From Eledone cirrhosa (lineage: Eukaryota): 64,000 nucleotides of DNA. Under the pieces are notes generated by a model that worked only from the letters and a program-made list of their open reading frames with translations, made no database searches and was not told where the DNA came from. A program made the translations under genes and the position numbers. This document shows, one piece after another, positions 39,121 to 53,600 of the stretch. Within the stretch, counting starts at the first letter, position 1, and the number at the start of each line of letters is the position of its first letter. The stretch is from contig OZ024740.1 in NCBI GenBank assembly GCA_964016885.1, forward strand, positions 218,798,001-218,862,000, written 5' to 3'.

Positions 39121-40759
39121 GTATGTGTGCTTGTGACATGATGACTTATGTTCAGTGTAAGAAGAGATCCATATGAAGATCAGTACCTTATTCAAAAAGC
39201 AAAGTCTTGTTCAACCAATGCCAGCATGGAAAAACAGACGTAAACTCTGAACTGTTATCAGAAACATAATTATGATCCATTTTTTTTTTTTTATTTTGGA
39301 AGAGAGTAACAACTGAAACTTAACATGAGACAACAGACTCTAGAATACTGTGACTAGGCAGATTTTTCTGCTTCATGTTATTGAAAGGAGAGAGGGAAAA
39401 AAAAACAGGTGTCTGTAAAATTAAGCCCAAAATAGTATTGAAATTGCAGGGAACAGGGAACAAACATGAAATGATAAAGGAAGTTTTTGGCAACTCCTGA
39501 GAATTTTACAGACTGAGCAATACTATCCCATATCAATGAAGAAACTATCAACATATTTGATTGGGAAAATAGTCATTTAGAAAAGCATTGATTCTTGTGA
39601 TGATGACAATTGAACACTTTAATAAACAGCTGTAACTTTGGATTGTCCTTCATCTCCCTCCTCATTTTGCCTTTGAAAAGAGATACTTTGTAATGTTATT
39701 GCATAATTTAAATTATAAAATTATCTTTTCAAACAATATCAACAGCTAACAGATAAGTGTCAAATTAGTAATAATGAAAAAAAAATAAATAAATGGTATT
39801 CAGTTACAATTTTATCTCACAAGACTGGTATCAAATTTATCAGAAAATTGATGCAATTCTCTTTGTTCCCTTTTTTATTTTTTGTAACATTGTTTAGACA
39901 GGGTTGGAAGGGCAATGCCCATTGTCCCTTTCAGGGCTTCTAGAACTGGTGGGAGGGAGAAAGGTATTCTGAAACCAAAGAATTGATTTGAATGCTTGCA
40001 ACAAATGAGAATCTGCTAAAGGTACCCATGTCATTTCATTTGTTGTATTAATAATTTAGCAAATCCACCAGGCTGGACTGAACCTTTATTTTACTGATAC
40101 TGAAAGGATGGAATGCTGATTTGACTGACAAAATTTGAATGCAGAAAGCAGGAACAAATACCACTAGGCCCTTTATACCCCATGCTCTGACTCGATTTGC
40201 TGTCATGAGTTCATCCTTCAAAATCCATAATTTGTTTTTCCTTAATTTTGAGTTGAACAATTTTATTTTGTTGAATTTTCTTTCCTTTTATTTTAATTAA
40301 AAAATATTTCTTTACTTTTTACTTCCAACTACATTATTGGTCAATTATTGATAATTCAAACATTATTATAACTTATTGCTATAGCATTGTGTATTTTCTT
40401 GTGACTTGGTTATTTAAAAAAAAAAAAATCTTTTACTTGAGTAACCTATGTGTATCTATTAAATTAGTGACTAAAAAATATAAAATATTTTAAAATATCA
40501 GCACGACAAAAAAAAAGAAGAAAAAAAAACCACAGGTGACAAATACTGATTTCTGTATTTTACAGTTCTTTGTGTGTGTGTAACAATAACTCTGATTAAG
40601 TACTGGCTTCGTTGTAGCGACATATCTGAGACATCAGTGTGGAAAAAAACAAAATCAATACAAAATGATGATATGATAGGTGTAAGCATGGGACCATATC
40701 CTATTTAGGACAGCACTGCTTTTCTCCAGGCAGTATCAGAAAAGGAGCTCTAAGAAAAA

Positions 40760-41183
40760 ATTATTCAATTATTCCTAGCAATAGCTGTGATTAACTGGTC
40801 ACCCACTTTGCAGCATCAAATATCAGTGTAAGAACTTTTAAAAAAAAATGTGTGCTAGAATGTACCCATTCGTCAGATTAATGAAAATAGTTCAGAAAGA
40901 AAAACAGCCATGGTTGCTTGATTTCTTTCCTCATCAAATATCGACATATCTGTAGTCAGTGAAACTAGATTTGCAGAAAATGACTCTTTGGAAGAGGTTC
41001 GTAGTGGTTTCATCTTCTACTGAATTAGAAAAGTGGATATTGAAGTTGGGGGTAAACTTTACTATTAGATCTGTGATTGCAAAGAGTCTGGACTTTTTTA
41101 AATAATTACTGTAAGTGCTAGACTCAATACACCAATAATGCAACATTGATCAGTACATGTACTCCAACACTAAGAGAATGGGT

Positions 41184-41216
<33 letters not shown>

Positions 41217-42905
41217 TATTATTTTTATATATCCCGTTCTTGGGGAAACTCTTCACCATCCCACAATATGATTGTAGTTTTACAAGACTTTAATGCTCGA
41301 CTTGACTAAAATGTAGCTTGGTTGAAGGTCATTGGTAAGCAAGGCATTACATCTTTTTCTTTGTAGTTAGTCACTAATACTATAAAACAGGATGTTACCT
41401 TAGATCAAAACATGGTCACATAATCAATTATTTTACAGTTCACTAGATAGAAATACAGTCATGGCCACAAGGTTATATACGAGGGCAATCCCAAAAGTAA
41501 GGTCTCCTTCCGATATTGCAACTTTTCCGTTAAAATCTTGTGGATGGTGCTTCGGGAAACCTCAGGAACCAAAATGCAGAGAGCATCCAGAGTGATCCGC
41601 CGATCTTTACGCATGTTTTCCTTGGAAGAAGACCTTACTTTTGGGATTGCCCTCGTATATAATAACTGCGCGAAATTCGCACTTGGCGGAAGTGTTCAAC
41701 GGGAGCTCCATTCTCAACGGCTGCCAAGCCAAGCCAAGATTGAGCATCCCAGTGAAGCTCGCGCATGCTTGTTTGGGAGTGAAGGAAGCACCAATCACAA
41801 GTGTTGCCAACAGCCGTACAAACAGTTTCTCTGCGTCCCCATTGCTTTGGAGACCTTACTTTTGGGATTACCCTCGTAGATATGCAGAATGTTGGTTTGA
41901 TCATCCTAAAGGCACAAATATGCCAAGAAAACTGGACACATCTTTTGCAAATGTGCAATTCAAGGAGGTACGTTCTGATACTATTGCAAATAATGTCAGA
42001 AATCTGTGTGACAAAGATAACATAGAAGCCTGTGGTAATACTTATACAATTTTGTCTACAAGTCATCTGAGATACTAGATTTTTGTAAAAGGAAACTCAG
42101 GACTGAGTTAATGAAAGCAGTGCTGTTACCAGTGTGTTGAACATTTAAGTTGTAACACCCATATTATGAAAGCTTTTTATGAATATCTGAAAGCAGTCTA
42201 TGGCTTAACACCAAATAGTTCCTTACCTCTATTTTTGTTAGATGGTGCAGCATTATCCCTACACCAGAACAGTGTTATTTAAATCATGAATCTACTGTTG
42301 TTGATAGAATAAGCAGTCTTAGAGGGATCTATATATGTGGAGCTGGGTGGAGACATAACTATTGATGTGGTTAAAAATAAAAGCTATTGAACATTTAAAA
42401 TTTGGTGAATGTATATTATTGAAAAAGCTCACTAAACTTCTCTGCGTGAACTGGAATTGTGGTACAACTTCCAACAGTTTAAGAATGTAGATAATATTTT
42501 TGCAGTATATAAAAATAAAGGTAAATTATCAAATATGCAACAGTGTGAAAACTTTTCTCAATTGCTAGAAAAATCTTGCCTCTGTTGTTTTACTTAGTAT
42601 CAACACACATCTAGTACATACATTCTATCCTATATCTCTATGTATCTTTCAAGCTGGATGAAGGAGTGTAGATAAGAGTTTTGCAGTATGGTATGTTCAG
42701 GAGAAAGCTCAACAATATGATAAGAAACATTACATGGTCTTTATAGACCTGACAAAAGTATTTGATACTGTCTTTGGAGGCATTATGGAAAGTTCTATCG
42801 AAAGTGGGCATTCCAGACAAGATGCAAAACATCATTATCTCTTTTCATGATGTCATGATAGCAACTGTGATTTCTGATGGCCAATAATCTGATCCTTTCA
42901 ATGTT
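40760..42905 (+). mobile_element. Old RTE (BovB-like) LINE remnant with APE and RT pieces, interrupted by a mariner MITE
   Basis: IDISVVSETRFAENDSLEE (APE motif, ~40940-40997). VQEKAQQYDKKHYMVFIDLTKVFDTV and LWKVLSKVGIPDKMQNII..FHD (RT, ~42690-42850). Confidence 0.8.
41480..41876. mobile_element. mariner-like MITE with TA TSD and an extra internal right TIR
   Basis: TA|CGAGGGCAATCCCAAAAGTAAGGTCTCC ... GGAGACCTTACTTTTGGGATTACCCTCG|TA. A third TIR copy ends at 41655 and is also followed by TA. Confidence 0.9.
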
Positions 42906-44384
42906 TAAATATATATAAATATCTACATACAGTATATACCCATGTATATGTCACATTTTTTTCATGAAAATGTGACACAAAAAACTAGCATGCAAATCTT
43001 ATTGACTTACACATATATACAATATATTTTGAACTAGGGTATTGTATGTAAAATGGAGGTATCTTCACACAAGTATATATGGTGTGTATGTTCTGATCAT
43101 TCCCATACATGCACACGCACACACATGTATGTGTGTGTGGCTTAAACATTGGTGGGTTTTTTTTTTCCTTTCTCAACAATGTCAAATATTTAGAAAGGTG
43201 AAAAATAAATGAAATATTTGAAAGTGTTGAACAGGCTTTTTTTCTTTCTTACACCTGATAGCTTTGGGGCTAGAATTTAAAAGTAATTTAAGAATCAATA
43301 ATACATATTTTCAATTCTTATAAACTCTTGTTATTTTCAGATCACTGCAAATCATGAAGCAATAAAATAAAATACTGTTTTGTTTCTTGTGTGTAAATGG
43401 CTATTTTTGAAATGATAGCTCTCTCAGAAACCGCTAGTTATCCCCCCTCTTTTTTATTGGCTTTTTTTGTACTCATTGTATGTGTGTGTGTGCTTGTTAT
43501 AGTTACTTTGATAGATTGTGTGTATGACCTTTCATTTGCTGTGGTTAGATTTAGTGGAAACTGCTGCAAGAATGGTTGGGTAGAAAATAATTGTCTAGAT
43601 AGGTCAGGCTCCCACCCAGCTTCTTCTTTGTGTTAAAATGTCAATTTCTAGTATTGGTAATCTATTATTTGTTTGAGGTTAAAGTCCATCATGTTTATCA
43701 TATTTCTTTAGCATGGGTTTTCCTTGAAGCCAGCTTGCTAGTACTACTATTAGTGGTGGTAGTACTGGTGATACACACCTTACTCACTAAATAGTTTCTC
43801 ACATCACATCTGTGTGAGTTAATAGTTTTTGCAGACAGAAGAGGCATGTTCTATCATTTTTGAGTCTATCTGTTTAAGTACTGACTTACATAACCAACAT
43901 TTCTAGCTTTTATCAATTTAGTTAGCAATATTTAACCGTTTCACTACCATATTTCTAATAAGACATATCCTATGATTTTTAATTAATTTTGAAAATAACG
44001 AAGAGATTTAGTAATATATTATAATTTTCTCATTATTAAACTGGTGTTTAAAATATAGTTTCATATCCCAAGGGATATATGCTGATTTACGTAGTCAGCA
44101 TTTTTAGATTTTTTTTTTCATTTTAGGCACCAGAATTTTTAGGATATAAGACACACCCATATTTTGAAGGAAAGAAAAAAAAAACTTGGAAAAAAGTTGT
44201 AGTAGTATTTAAGATTTTTATTAAAAATAAATTCAATCTGATATTTAAAAAAAGAGTTTTAACCCACAAAATGGTTTATTTAGCTTGAGCCTACAGAATT
44301 TTCATTGCTTCCATTATGACACTATGAACAAAGGAGCTATGTAAATATTTACTGTATGTGCATGCATATATGTGTGTGGATATA

Positions 44385-44800
44385 GCATGGCCAAATGGTT
44401 AAGTTTCTTTGTAAATCAATAGGCTTCAGGTTTGAGCCTACTGCTTGACATCTTGAGGAAGTATCATTTACCATAGCCTCAGGCCTACCCGTGCCTTGTC
44501 AGTGCAATGGGATAGACAGAAACTGTTTGGAAACTTGTTAGATGGACTACCTATAATTCAAAGTACTAACCTTGTCATCAAGTCACGCTGAATTTTCCTG
44601 AGAATTGCATTAAAGGAACAAGTCTGGAATGTTAGCAACTTACACATTAATTTTATGACCAGGCTGTTCTATTGATTGGAACAATTGGAATACTCATTGT
44701 TGATTTGCTTGTAAGTTCAAATCTGAGTCAGTGTTATTGACTACGCCCTTGATAGCAGTACTCCACCATGGCCACTGTCCAGTGATTGAAACTATTAAAA
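44385..44800 (+). mobile_element. CORE-type SINE (family B), long form
   Basis: catggccaaatggttaag head, gacatcttgaggaagt core, gatagacagaaactg and the shared 3' body. Confidence 0.65.
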
Positions 44801-44903
44801 GAATTTGTAGCTACATACTTTAATGTTAATGTCAACAGTTTTATATTCCTGTAGTAGAATAAATGAAACAATTCATAGAAGAACGAAAGGTAGCACAAAT
44901 ACC

Positions 44904-44943
<40 letters not shown>

Positions 44944-45404
44944 TAATAATAATAAATTTCAAGACTAAAATCCAAAGAGGGCTCGATAAGGATAAATATA
45001 TATCAAATATATAAGAACCGTAGAGCAAATATTTTTCACCGCTCCTATTAATGACGTATTATTCGTTTTTTTTCCCCGTTCTTTGCCAGCGAACGTTTCC
45101 ACGAACCAGAGTATCGTCTTCCTGTCTTCCTCCGGTTGCAACGTTTTTTGAAATATCCACTTCTGCGTTTACAGATTGACTTTGTTAGTTTCAGAAGATC
45201 CCGTTAAGGGTGAAAGCAGTGATTCTTTGCTTAAACTTTAATCTGTTATTTTAATAAATATATATATATATATATATCTATAAAATCAACATCATCGTTT
45301 GTCTATCTTCCACACTAGCGTGGGTTAGATGGGAAATATATATATTTGTATATATACCACCACTCTATCTTAATTTGTATATACTTTATAATTTCTGTAG
45401 ATTC

Positions 45405-45778
45405 CATCATCATCCTCATCGTTTTACATCCGTTCTTCCACGCTAGCATGGGTTAGATGGGCTGTCCTGTTGTGGGCAGTGTCCAGTCGGTTGACCTTGT
45501 CTTGCTCATACAGGAACTGATTCTGGCTTGATTTTTACAGTGAGTGGTGGGTGCTTTTTTTTTCCTGTGGCGCCTACACATCCACTTTACAGTGTGGGCT
45601 GGGTGCTTTTTTGCCGTGGCACCTCCACGACCACTTTGCAGTGGGAGGGTGTGGGGGCATATTGTCTATATGCTTCAGCTTCGGCTTGTTCCTGTGGGGG
45701 GGGGGGGGTCTTCTGTATTACTGCGTGACGCCAGAGGTCACGGTCGTGTGTCATTGCTCTTGAGAGGTGCAATTAGGT
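45405..45778 (-). mobile_element. RTE LINE 3' end, same subfamily as 1-1553
   Basis: 45637-45775 matches window positions 1-130 (tgcagtgggagggtgtgggggcatattgtctatatgcttcagctt; DLWRHAVIQ). catcatc tail. Confidence 0.9.
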
Positions 45779-48075
45779 ACAAAATGATGTTTCAGAGACA
45801 TTTTGTCTAGTATTTCAGATTTCATTTGCATTGCATACAGTATGATTCTTGATTTGTTAGTACATATTCTTTAACTGTTTAATTATAATTAAAATAACCT
45901 GAAGCTGAGAAAATTTGAAGTAGGCTTATTTTATTTAAGATACAAAATTGTTTCTACGCCATTGTTTTGGACTTAATGTGTATTTTATGTTTCACAATTA
46001 CTGTGTTACCTATGTAATAGTACAATTCAGGAGAGAATAACTCTTTTAAGAAATAAAATAGAAAGTAAACATGGTTAAATGCTTGTTAGTTATTCTCTCT
46101 CTTTGTCAGTATTTTAAAATGTCCTCCCCTCGTCAGTTACTGTATTACAATAGAGGTATAGACTCAAATTATCACACAAAACAGTGTAGGGGTATATTTA
46201 CTTTCAAAAAAGCTATTACACGGTAAATTGAATAGAAAAGGTTTAGAACCCCTAGATTATGGAGTAATACACATCCAACATCGTTTTACTTTTTTTTTTA
46301 AAATCTTTAATGCCCTGCACTACATGAAAACTGCATTAGCAAAACATTCTTGAATTTTAAAACAGTATTGTGACTGCATCACATAAAAAAATATTAAGTC
46401 CTTACTCTAGTTTAATGCAGATATCCATAATGATCTGTTGATTAGTAAAGATACTACAGACATTTATATTCAGAAAACCATTTTTAGATATTTTCTGCTA
46501 AATTATTAAGGATTGTTAAGAAACGAGTTACTTATTTTACAGAATACGTGGAGAACACATATTTACCATGTCATTAAGTTGTGATTATAAAGAAAGAAAT
46601 CATTATTTTCTTGTATTAGATGTCAGAATAAGTTATCTTATTTATAAAATATAGATCATACACCAATAATATCAGTAAAGTGAGAGACTTGCCAATCATT
46701 TTACCTCCCTGGAATTTAAATAAAATTTAACAGTACTTTATATTATAATGTTTCAAATTTAGTTACTAGACATTTACTGAAGTCTGTTATCTAAATTACT
46801 CTTTTTAGCTCTATAGCCTTTTTAACTTGAAAAAAAAAAAAAAATAGACACCATAGGATAATTGTCAAAAACAATAGAGAATCACGAAGAAGCATATATA
46901 TTTGGGTTGATATTTTGTCTCTGTATTTAGTTGGATATGTTGGCCTTGAAGTGGATAAAATTTAGCTTAGCCATTTTTACATGAAACAGTCTCTGTTGCT
47001 TTGATACAAAACTGTTTTAAAATGTTTATATTTATCTAAAAGTTTTCTGTCATTCTATGCAAGAACCATTAAGCTATGCCCCAAACACCAGCCTGCTAAT
47101 GAGATATTTTCAATTGTTTTCAAAATTATTTGAAAATCCTCTGCAGTGTCTTGCATGAAAAATATGGTAACAAAAATGTTAATACAAGATTCTTGGAGAT
47201 AAAAACAGTCCACAACTGTTACTTAAGCTGTACAATACATCTAGATGATATATTTCATGTTGTTTAGTTTATTTTATAGTTATTGTTTGTAATTGTAGTA
47301 TATAAATATATTTGAGCTGATAGGTGTTGCTATAAAACTGCATTGAATTGGATATGGCTTAATGCATGCAGTGGTGTGTTCTGTCTATCTTTATTAATTG
47401 ATTCACCATTATCCCCGCAAGCTCTCTCTTACAGTCTCTTTCTCTCTCACAGTCTCTTTCTCAGTCTCTTTCTCTCTCACAGTCTCTTTCTCTCTCTGTC
47501 TATTTCTCTCTCACAGTCTCCCTCTCTCTCACAGTCTCCCTCTTTACTGTTTATAAAGCTGATGTTACATAGAAAATGGCAACACTTTCCAAGCTATCAA
47601 AGAGGTGGCCAGTAATCTCTTCAGTAAATGTCAAGTGGCAATTGGAATTCTTGTATAGCCATTTTCATGTCCACTTGAAAATGGCAAGATTACTTTTGAG
47701 GATGCAAGCTGAATGCCATATAACAAAGTAGAGCACTAATTAGATAATTTAAACTGTTGGGCTCCCCATACCCCCCACTTTTTTTTTACTCATCTACTGC
47801 TTTCATTTTTCTTATTTCTCTCAACATTGGTCTAAACATTTCACTATTCTGTCTACCACCACCACTCATACAACTGTCGTTTTACCACTGCCATTACTCT
47901 ACTACTTCTCTTTACCTCCTCCCTTCACTTACTTTTACCACCACCACTTCTCTTATTATCTAGCTCTTTCTACCACCACCACTTTTACTACTCTTTCAAC
48001 CACTATCCACACTGCCACCATCTCCATCACTACTATACTATCACAAGCATAAAAGAATTTACTGAAAATGTTTGT

Positions 48076-48278
48076 TTAACCCTCTTGATACCAAAACGCC
48101 TCTGGCTCTGTGTTGCAAAACTGTTTATTTTGAAGTGTTTATCTAAAAGCCTTTCATCATTTTATAATAAGAACCTTTAAATTGTGTTCTAAATATCAGC
48201 TTAATAAGCTAGAGATATCTTTCAAATTATTTTCGAAATCATAGGCAGTGTCCTTTCATATAGTAATGAAAGGGTTAG
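48076..48278. mobile_element. TTAA-bounded MITE, family P2
   Basis: ttaaccctctt...gaaagggttag termini. Confidence 0.75.
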
Positions 48279-48829
48279 GTAATAACTAATTTTTTAAAAA
48301 TATAATTCAACCAATTATTTACTTGTAAGGACTATAGATAATTTGGCAACCAAATTGTATATTTATCTAAGCTAGCATGGGTTTGATGGATTTGTAAATT
48401 CAGACACTTGGAGCAAGATTCTCATGAGCTATTTTTTTTTAATATTCTTTTTCCCTGAAGTGAGATTGACGAAATAAATGTCTCCCCCATCGTACACACA
48501 AATTAAACATGTTTGATCTTCAAATTTATAATTAACCTATATGATTTAATGCTACAGTAATATTTTGGTTTGGATTTGTTGTTAGATACTTAGATTCATT
48601 GTCTGACTAGCAAAAATCATTGTTGAGGGTTTTAAATTGGTTTCTGTAAAGAATTTTATGAACTTTCATTTAAAATTTAATTTTTTATTTTAAATTGATT
48701 GCCACACTTATTTTGAATTTTATTTTTGTTTAATTTTCAGTGTTAAAATAGATTTGGGTAGTTTTACAAATTTGTTTCTTTTCATAGCATTAAGAGAGAG
48801 TGGTACATAATCCTAACAGACAAAATATA

Positions 48830-49348
48830 ATAATTGTTTCTACTTTTGGCAAAAGGCCAGCAATTACCCAGTAAGGATGAACGGCAAAGTTAACCTCGGC
48901 GGGATTTGAACTCAGAATGGCAAGGCCGTAACTCTATGCATCAAAGCATGGCGTACGACCCTCTACTGATACTGCCAATCCACATAATAATGGTTTCTGA
49001 TTTAGTCTCAAGGCCAACAACTTTTTGGGAAAGGGGGAAAAGTCATTTAATCGGCCACAGTATGTTACTGGTACTTTATTTTTTTTATATCCCCAGAGGG
49101 GATGAAAGGCAAAACTAACCTTGGCTGAATGTAGACTGTAAAGAGCCACAATTATATGCTACCAATATTGCCAATCCATCACACAAAATGTAATTATGGT
49201 TTCTACTTTTTGGCACAAGGCCAGCAATTATCTCAGTACATTACTGGTGCTTTATTTTATCAACCCCCATAAGGATGAAAGGCAAATTTGAACTCAGATC
49301 ATAAAGGGACGTAACTCTGTGCTGCAAAGCATGGCGTCAGACCCTCTG
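48830..49348 (-). mobile_element. Cluster of three head-to-tail family A SINEs
   Basis: Repeated tttctacttttggcacaaggccagcaatt / ggatgaaaggcaaa / atttgaactcag units at ~48830, ~48985 and ~49192. Confidence 0.85.
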
Positions 49349-50789
49349 TAATAATACTACAGCTTCAGAATGATTCTTGCATCATGTATCTAGTAAATAC
49401 CAGGGCTCCACAAAGCATAGGTTTGGAACTGCTGTTCTAGTTTATTTACCTTTTCATGACTATTTCTCAAGAGATACATTGAATGTCTTTCAGTTAAGTT
49501 TAAAAGTTGGTTTTTATTTTGCCTTTCATACTTTTGGTGATTTGGTAGAATTGTTAAAATGTCAGATTAGGTGTTTTATGGTATCTGATCTAGCATTTTG
49601 CATTCTGAGTTCAAATTTCACCTGGCTAGTCAAATGCCATTGTTGGCCATAGCCAACCACCCAACCATTGGACTACAAGTGATTATGAAAACTGTAGGAG
49701 GATAGTGGCCTTCTACTATAGTAGCTGAACAATGATAATGATGAATGGATCTTGCATTGTCCAGAGGTTTCCCAAATTTTTCATTACTAAGGACCCTTTC
49801 CCCATATAGTGTCCTTCACATGTTTGAAAGGTCAGTCTACTACTCAACAAGCTAACATGCCCTCTGTACCACCTCCTCCCCAGGTTCTGCAGACCACAGA
49901 TTATGAACTGCTTATCTAGTAAATATCAAGTTTAAGGGGGATTATCTTTGATACCTATCTGTTGCCATTTTTATATTACAAGAAGATTCATATGTGGCCA
50001 TGTGAAAGAATTGCATGATTTATATTTACAAGCTGTGTGTGGACTGTGATGGTCTAAACTGGAGTTGACAGCAGTTTCATATATTTCCTCATAAGGAAAC
50101 CATTTTATTGTTTGATGTTCAATTTTCTGGAACTCCCAATCAATTGATAAACATCACACAGTTCTATATTAAAAATTAGCTAGTATGTTTTATTGAGTTG
50201 CGAAAAGGTGACTGACAAAATTAGAAACTAAAATTCATCATCTCCAAATATTCGTTTAGTCAACATGGTAGACTTCATTGATCATGCAATTTAACATCAT
50301 CACTACCTGGGCTCTTTGTGTCTTTAAGTGAAAATAAATGTGGAAGGACTTAGAGGCCAAAAATACATGGCTAAAAGTGGGTAAATATAGGAAGATGCAG
50401 AAGACAGGACAACATGGTGTCATTGTGGCCATGAGGTTCACCTCTACTTTAGCAAGTGAAATAGTCTTAAAACACTTGTTCTTGTACTTTGTTGCAAGCA
50501 GTGGAGCCAGCACTGTAGTTTGAAGATAGCTTTTTCCCCCCACAAGTGCCAGAGACCTTGCCTGCCCTTCATTCCTTGACTAAACAGTGTATATATAAAA
50601 TACCACAGCCATACAAAATATGTTCTCAATAGTTTAATTCCTATGCTGTACCAGGCGATAAGTCTCTCTCTCTCTGACAGCTGTGTTCAGACCTGGAGAG
50701 GGATGGTCTTCTTCAGGTTTAAAATGCCCCAAAGACTCCATATGTCACAAAAGCAGTCCTGTGAGCCAACCAGGAGTTAAGGATCTATA

Positions 50790-51195
50790 TATAATCCTAA
50801 ATATTAAGATGTGTATGATGTTTATGTGCAGTGCTGCATGATACTGGGACATGAGCAGTAAATGCAGAGGATATGCAAAGGCTGGGGAGAAATGAAGCAA
50901 GCCTTTTTTGATGGATGTGTGATAAGCAAAACATAGATGTTCTGAGAGAAGAGCTAGGTATAAAAGGAATCAAGTGTAGTGTGCAGGATAGAAGACTATG
51001 CTGATATGGATGATGCTCATTGGATGAAGAGGTGGAAGGGAACTGTAGCAGAGGGAGGCCTAGGGAGATGTGGTTAGAGGTTGTGAGAGCTGATCTCAAA
51101 TCACTGAATCTCACAGAATGATGTGCTGGAAAAGACTCGTCTAACTGATGCAAGCATGAAAACGTGAACTTAAAACATTGATGATGTGATGATGA
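50790..51195 (+). mobile_element. Degenerate RTE LINE 3' fragment, sense orientation
   Basis: LHDTGT*AVNAEDMQRLGRNEAS and LREELGIKGIKCSVQDRRL, with a gatgatg tail. Confidence 0.8.
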
Positions 51196-51354
51196 AATAA
51201 ATAGGGTTGTCGCAGCTGGAATATGTTTTGGACATATGTCTGCTTGGTTATGATTTAATCGTAATCAAAATTGATAATCAATTTTAAAAATGACATATAT
51301 AAAAAGTACATTCACCTGAATACCAGTACAATTTGCAGATAATATATCTGTATA

Positions 51355-51781
51355 TAGTGGGCCTCAGGTAATGGATGAAGTCATCTCAATAAAATTTCTG
51401 TTCATAAAAATGAATTATAAGCTAATCTTGCAAAAGGTTGTTTGGGCTTCTTTACACAAATTCTGCATTTGTATTAGTATTGTATAACTTATATATTCAT
51501 TTAGATTCACTTTACAGGTAGCCCTGTAAACATTTAGTTTGTGTCCCTTAGTAAAGCAAATTTTTTGTTTGTTTATTCATTGTTGTACTTACTGTTCAAT
51601 TATTACATTATTTATATTTAATGTATTTCTTTTATTAATTTTTGAAAGGATGCATTGAGTGTAGACTTTCAGTATTTGAGGTTTTGGAATAAATTTTCCC
51701 TAAATATGTATGTGTTAGTTTGACAATGAATACTTTTCTGGAATGAATTAGATTTAGATTGGTTATCAAAGGGTCCACTCT
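51355..51781. mobile_element. Old pogo/Tigger-like MITE
   Basis: Imperfect TIRs tagtgggcctcaggtaat / gttatcaaagggtccactcta. Confidence 0.4.
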
Positions 51782-53004
51782 ATATATGTTTGTATATGAA
51801 TGTGTGTAAATATGTATTTGATTATGAATATAACAGATCTATGTATATTTATGTCTGTGGAAGCAACATGACTGAATGGTTTGGTAGTTCTCTTTGCAAT
51901 CACCCAGGCATTGTGAGCAAGTGTCCTATTGCCTACAGTTGACCCACACTTTATAAGTGAGAATAAGATAGTTAGAAACTGCAGAATCATGTAAGATGGA
52001 TTCTATATTTAGATCCAGACCAGTTATACAGAGTGTTAATGTTGATTCTGCCTGAGAATTATGTTATGGGTACATGGGTTCATGGAATACTCAGTCATTT
52101 GATCAACTGAGTGTCAACTTGTGGCTGAATGGTTATCATCAAAACTGTGTAAGATCTGTTATATCTATGACCATGTGTGTGTGTATATATATATATATAC
52201 ATGTATGTGTGTATAAAAATGCGATAACTTATCGCTAGAACAGCCGTTAAAACAACTAAATGCTGTTATTTTTATATGTATTCAATCAAATACACTCTTT
52301 CTCTCGCTCAATCAGAGAGAATATTTATATGTAATTGATTGAGATGTCGAGATGTCTATAAATCATATACCTTCTATTCACTTATACACAAAATGCTAGT
52401 TAGCAAGGCACATGTCAGGTCGCCAAGCCTGTGTAGAGTACAAAACCAATACTACCAGAAGAACCTGACTCCAAAACAATACTTGATTTCCAGGCCAGTG
52501 AATAGCATTAGGATAGATAAATGTTTCTTAACCTTTATTCTGTATCCCAGCCTACTAGTTCACCATCTTGATTTCCTACCCACATATGATAAGAAAATAA
52601 ATAGCCTTGTATACAACACAATTTATTGTAAAACAGTAATAGCTTCTTATTAAGTTAACATTAACATCCTTCAAATCAACAATGAGAAAATTAAATCTAG
52701 CAAAATCAGTGTAACATTTGAAAGTAGATTTTCCACTGAACTCCCCTAAACTTCCCTAAATTTCCTCCAGGCTTGGAATTGCATAGTAGAAATATATTTT
52801 AAAGTGTTTATATATATATATATCTAAAACCCCCTCATCATAATGTTACCTCTGTTATGTTCCAACATCTTAGTAATGAGAAGCTTAGTTATATTACCAA
52901 ATACCTCCAAATTGACGCTAGTTATTCGCGGTGGTGGTATGGGGGGGGGGGTATAAGTAGAGATATACTCGCCAGTTTTAACGATTGTTTCTAGAGGTCT
53001 GAAA

Positions 53005-53600
53005 TATTTTGTATTTATTTTTTAATATACTAATTTTACTTTTGGAAGTTGGCACATATTCTTCATTGACCATACTTAAATATGGAATGATACGCGATGC
53101 CCCATCCCACAGCCCCGGTGGGCAGGATGGAGAAGGCGTTTCCCTGGAGGACGGCAAGGGAGACGCGCTGGAAAAGCCGCTCCAACTCACGGGGCTCGCG
53201 CCTATGGTGGGGAGTAGGGAGGTAGCCCTAGGGCCGAGGACACCAGAAGTCTCCACTGCCAGGGGTACAACTGCAAACCTGTCGGAGCGACCAGTATTTG
53301 AAGAGTTTGGCCTCCTCAACCCGACGTGCAGCAGAACCTGGGTAAGTCGCAGACTGCACCAGGTTGTGGCTGCAGAAAGTGTTGGTGCAAGTGGCATCCC
53401 AAACAAGGGGTTTGCCACTGCGGAACGGGAAGGTGGTCATGCCATCTGGCCTTTTCGCCGTCCCCTCGGTCCAGCCCCTCCGGCTCAAGCTGGGAATGGA
53501 AGCCTGCAGCGTCCAATGAGCTTTATGACCTCGTTGAGAGCAGCATGGCGTGGAAGGCACTGTGGCGACATGAAAGCTGGTGGAGGCCGAAAGAGTCCTC
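53005..53600 (-). mobile_element. CRE-clade non-LTR retrotransposon 3' fragment (restriction-like endonuclease)
   Basis: DSFGLHQLSCRH..RHAALNEVIK, KRPDGMTTFPFRSGKPLVWDATCTNTF..AARRVEEAKLFKY and FAVVPLAVETSGVLGP. Frameshifted, visibly GC- and CpG-rich. Confidence 0.85.

Noticed and set aside
41538-42078. Overlapping ORFs up to 145 aa
   Set aside because: They lie in the MITE and LINE debris and have no transposase motifs.
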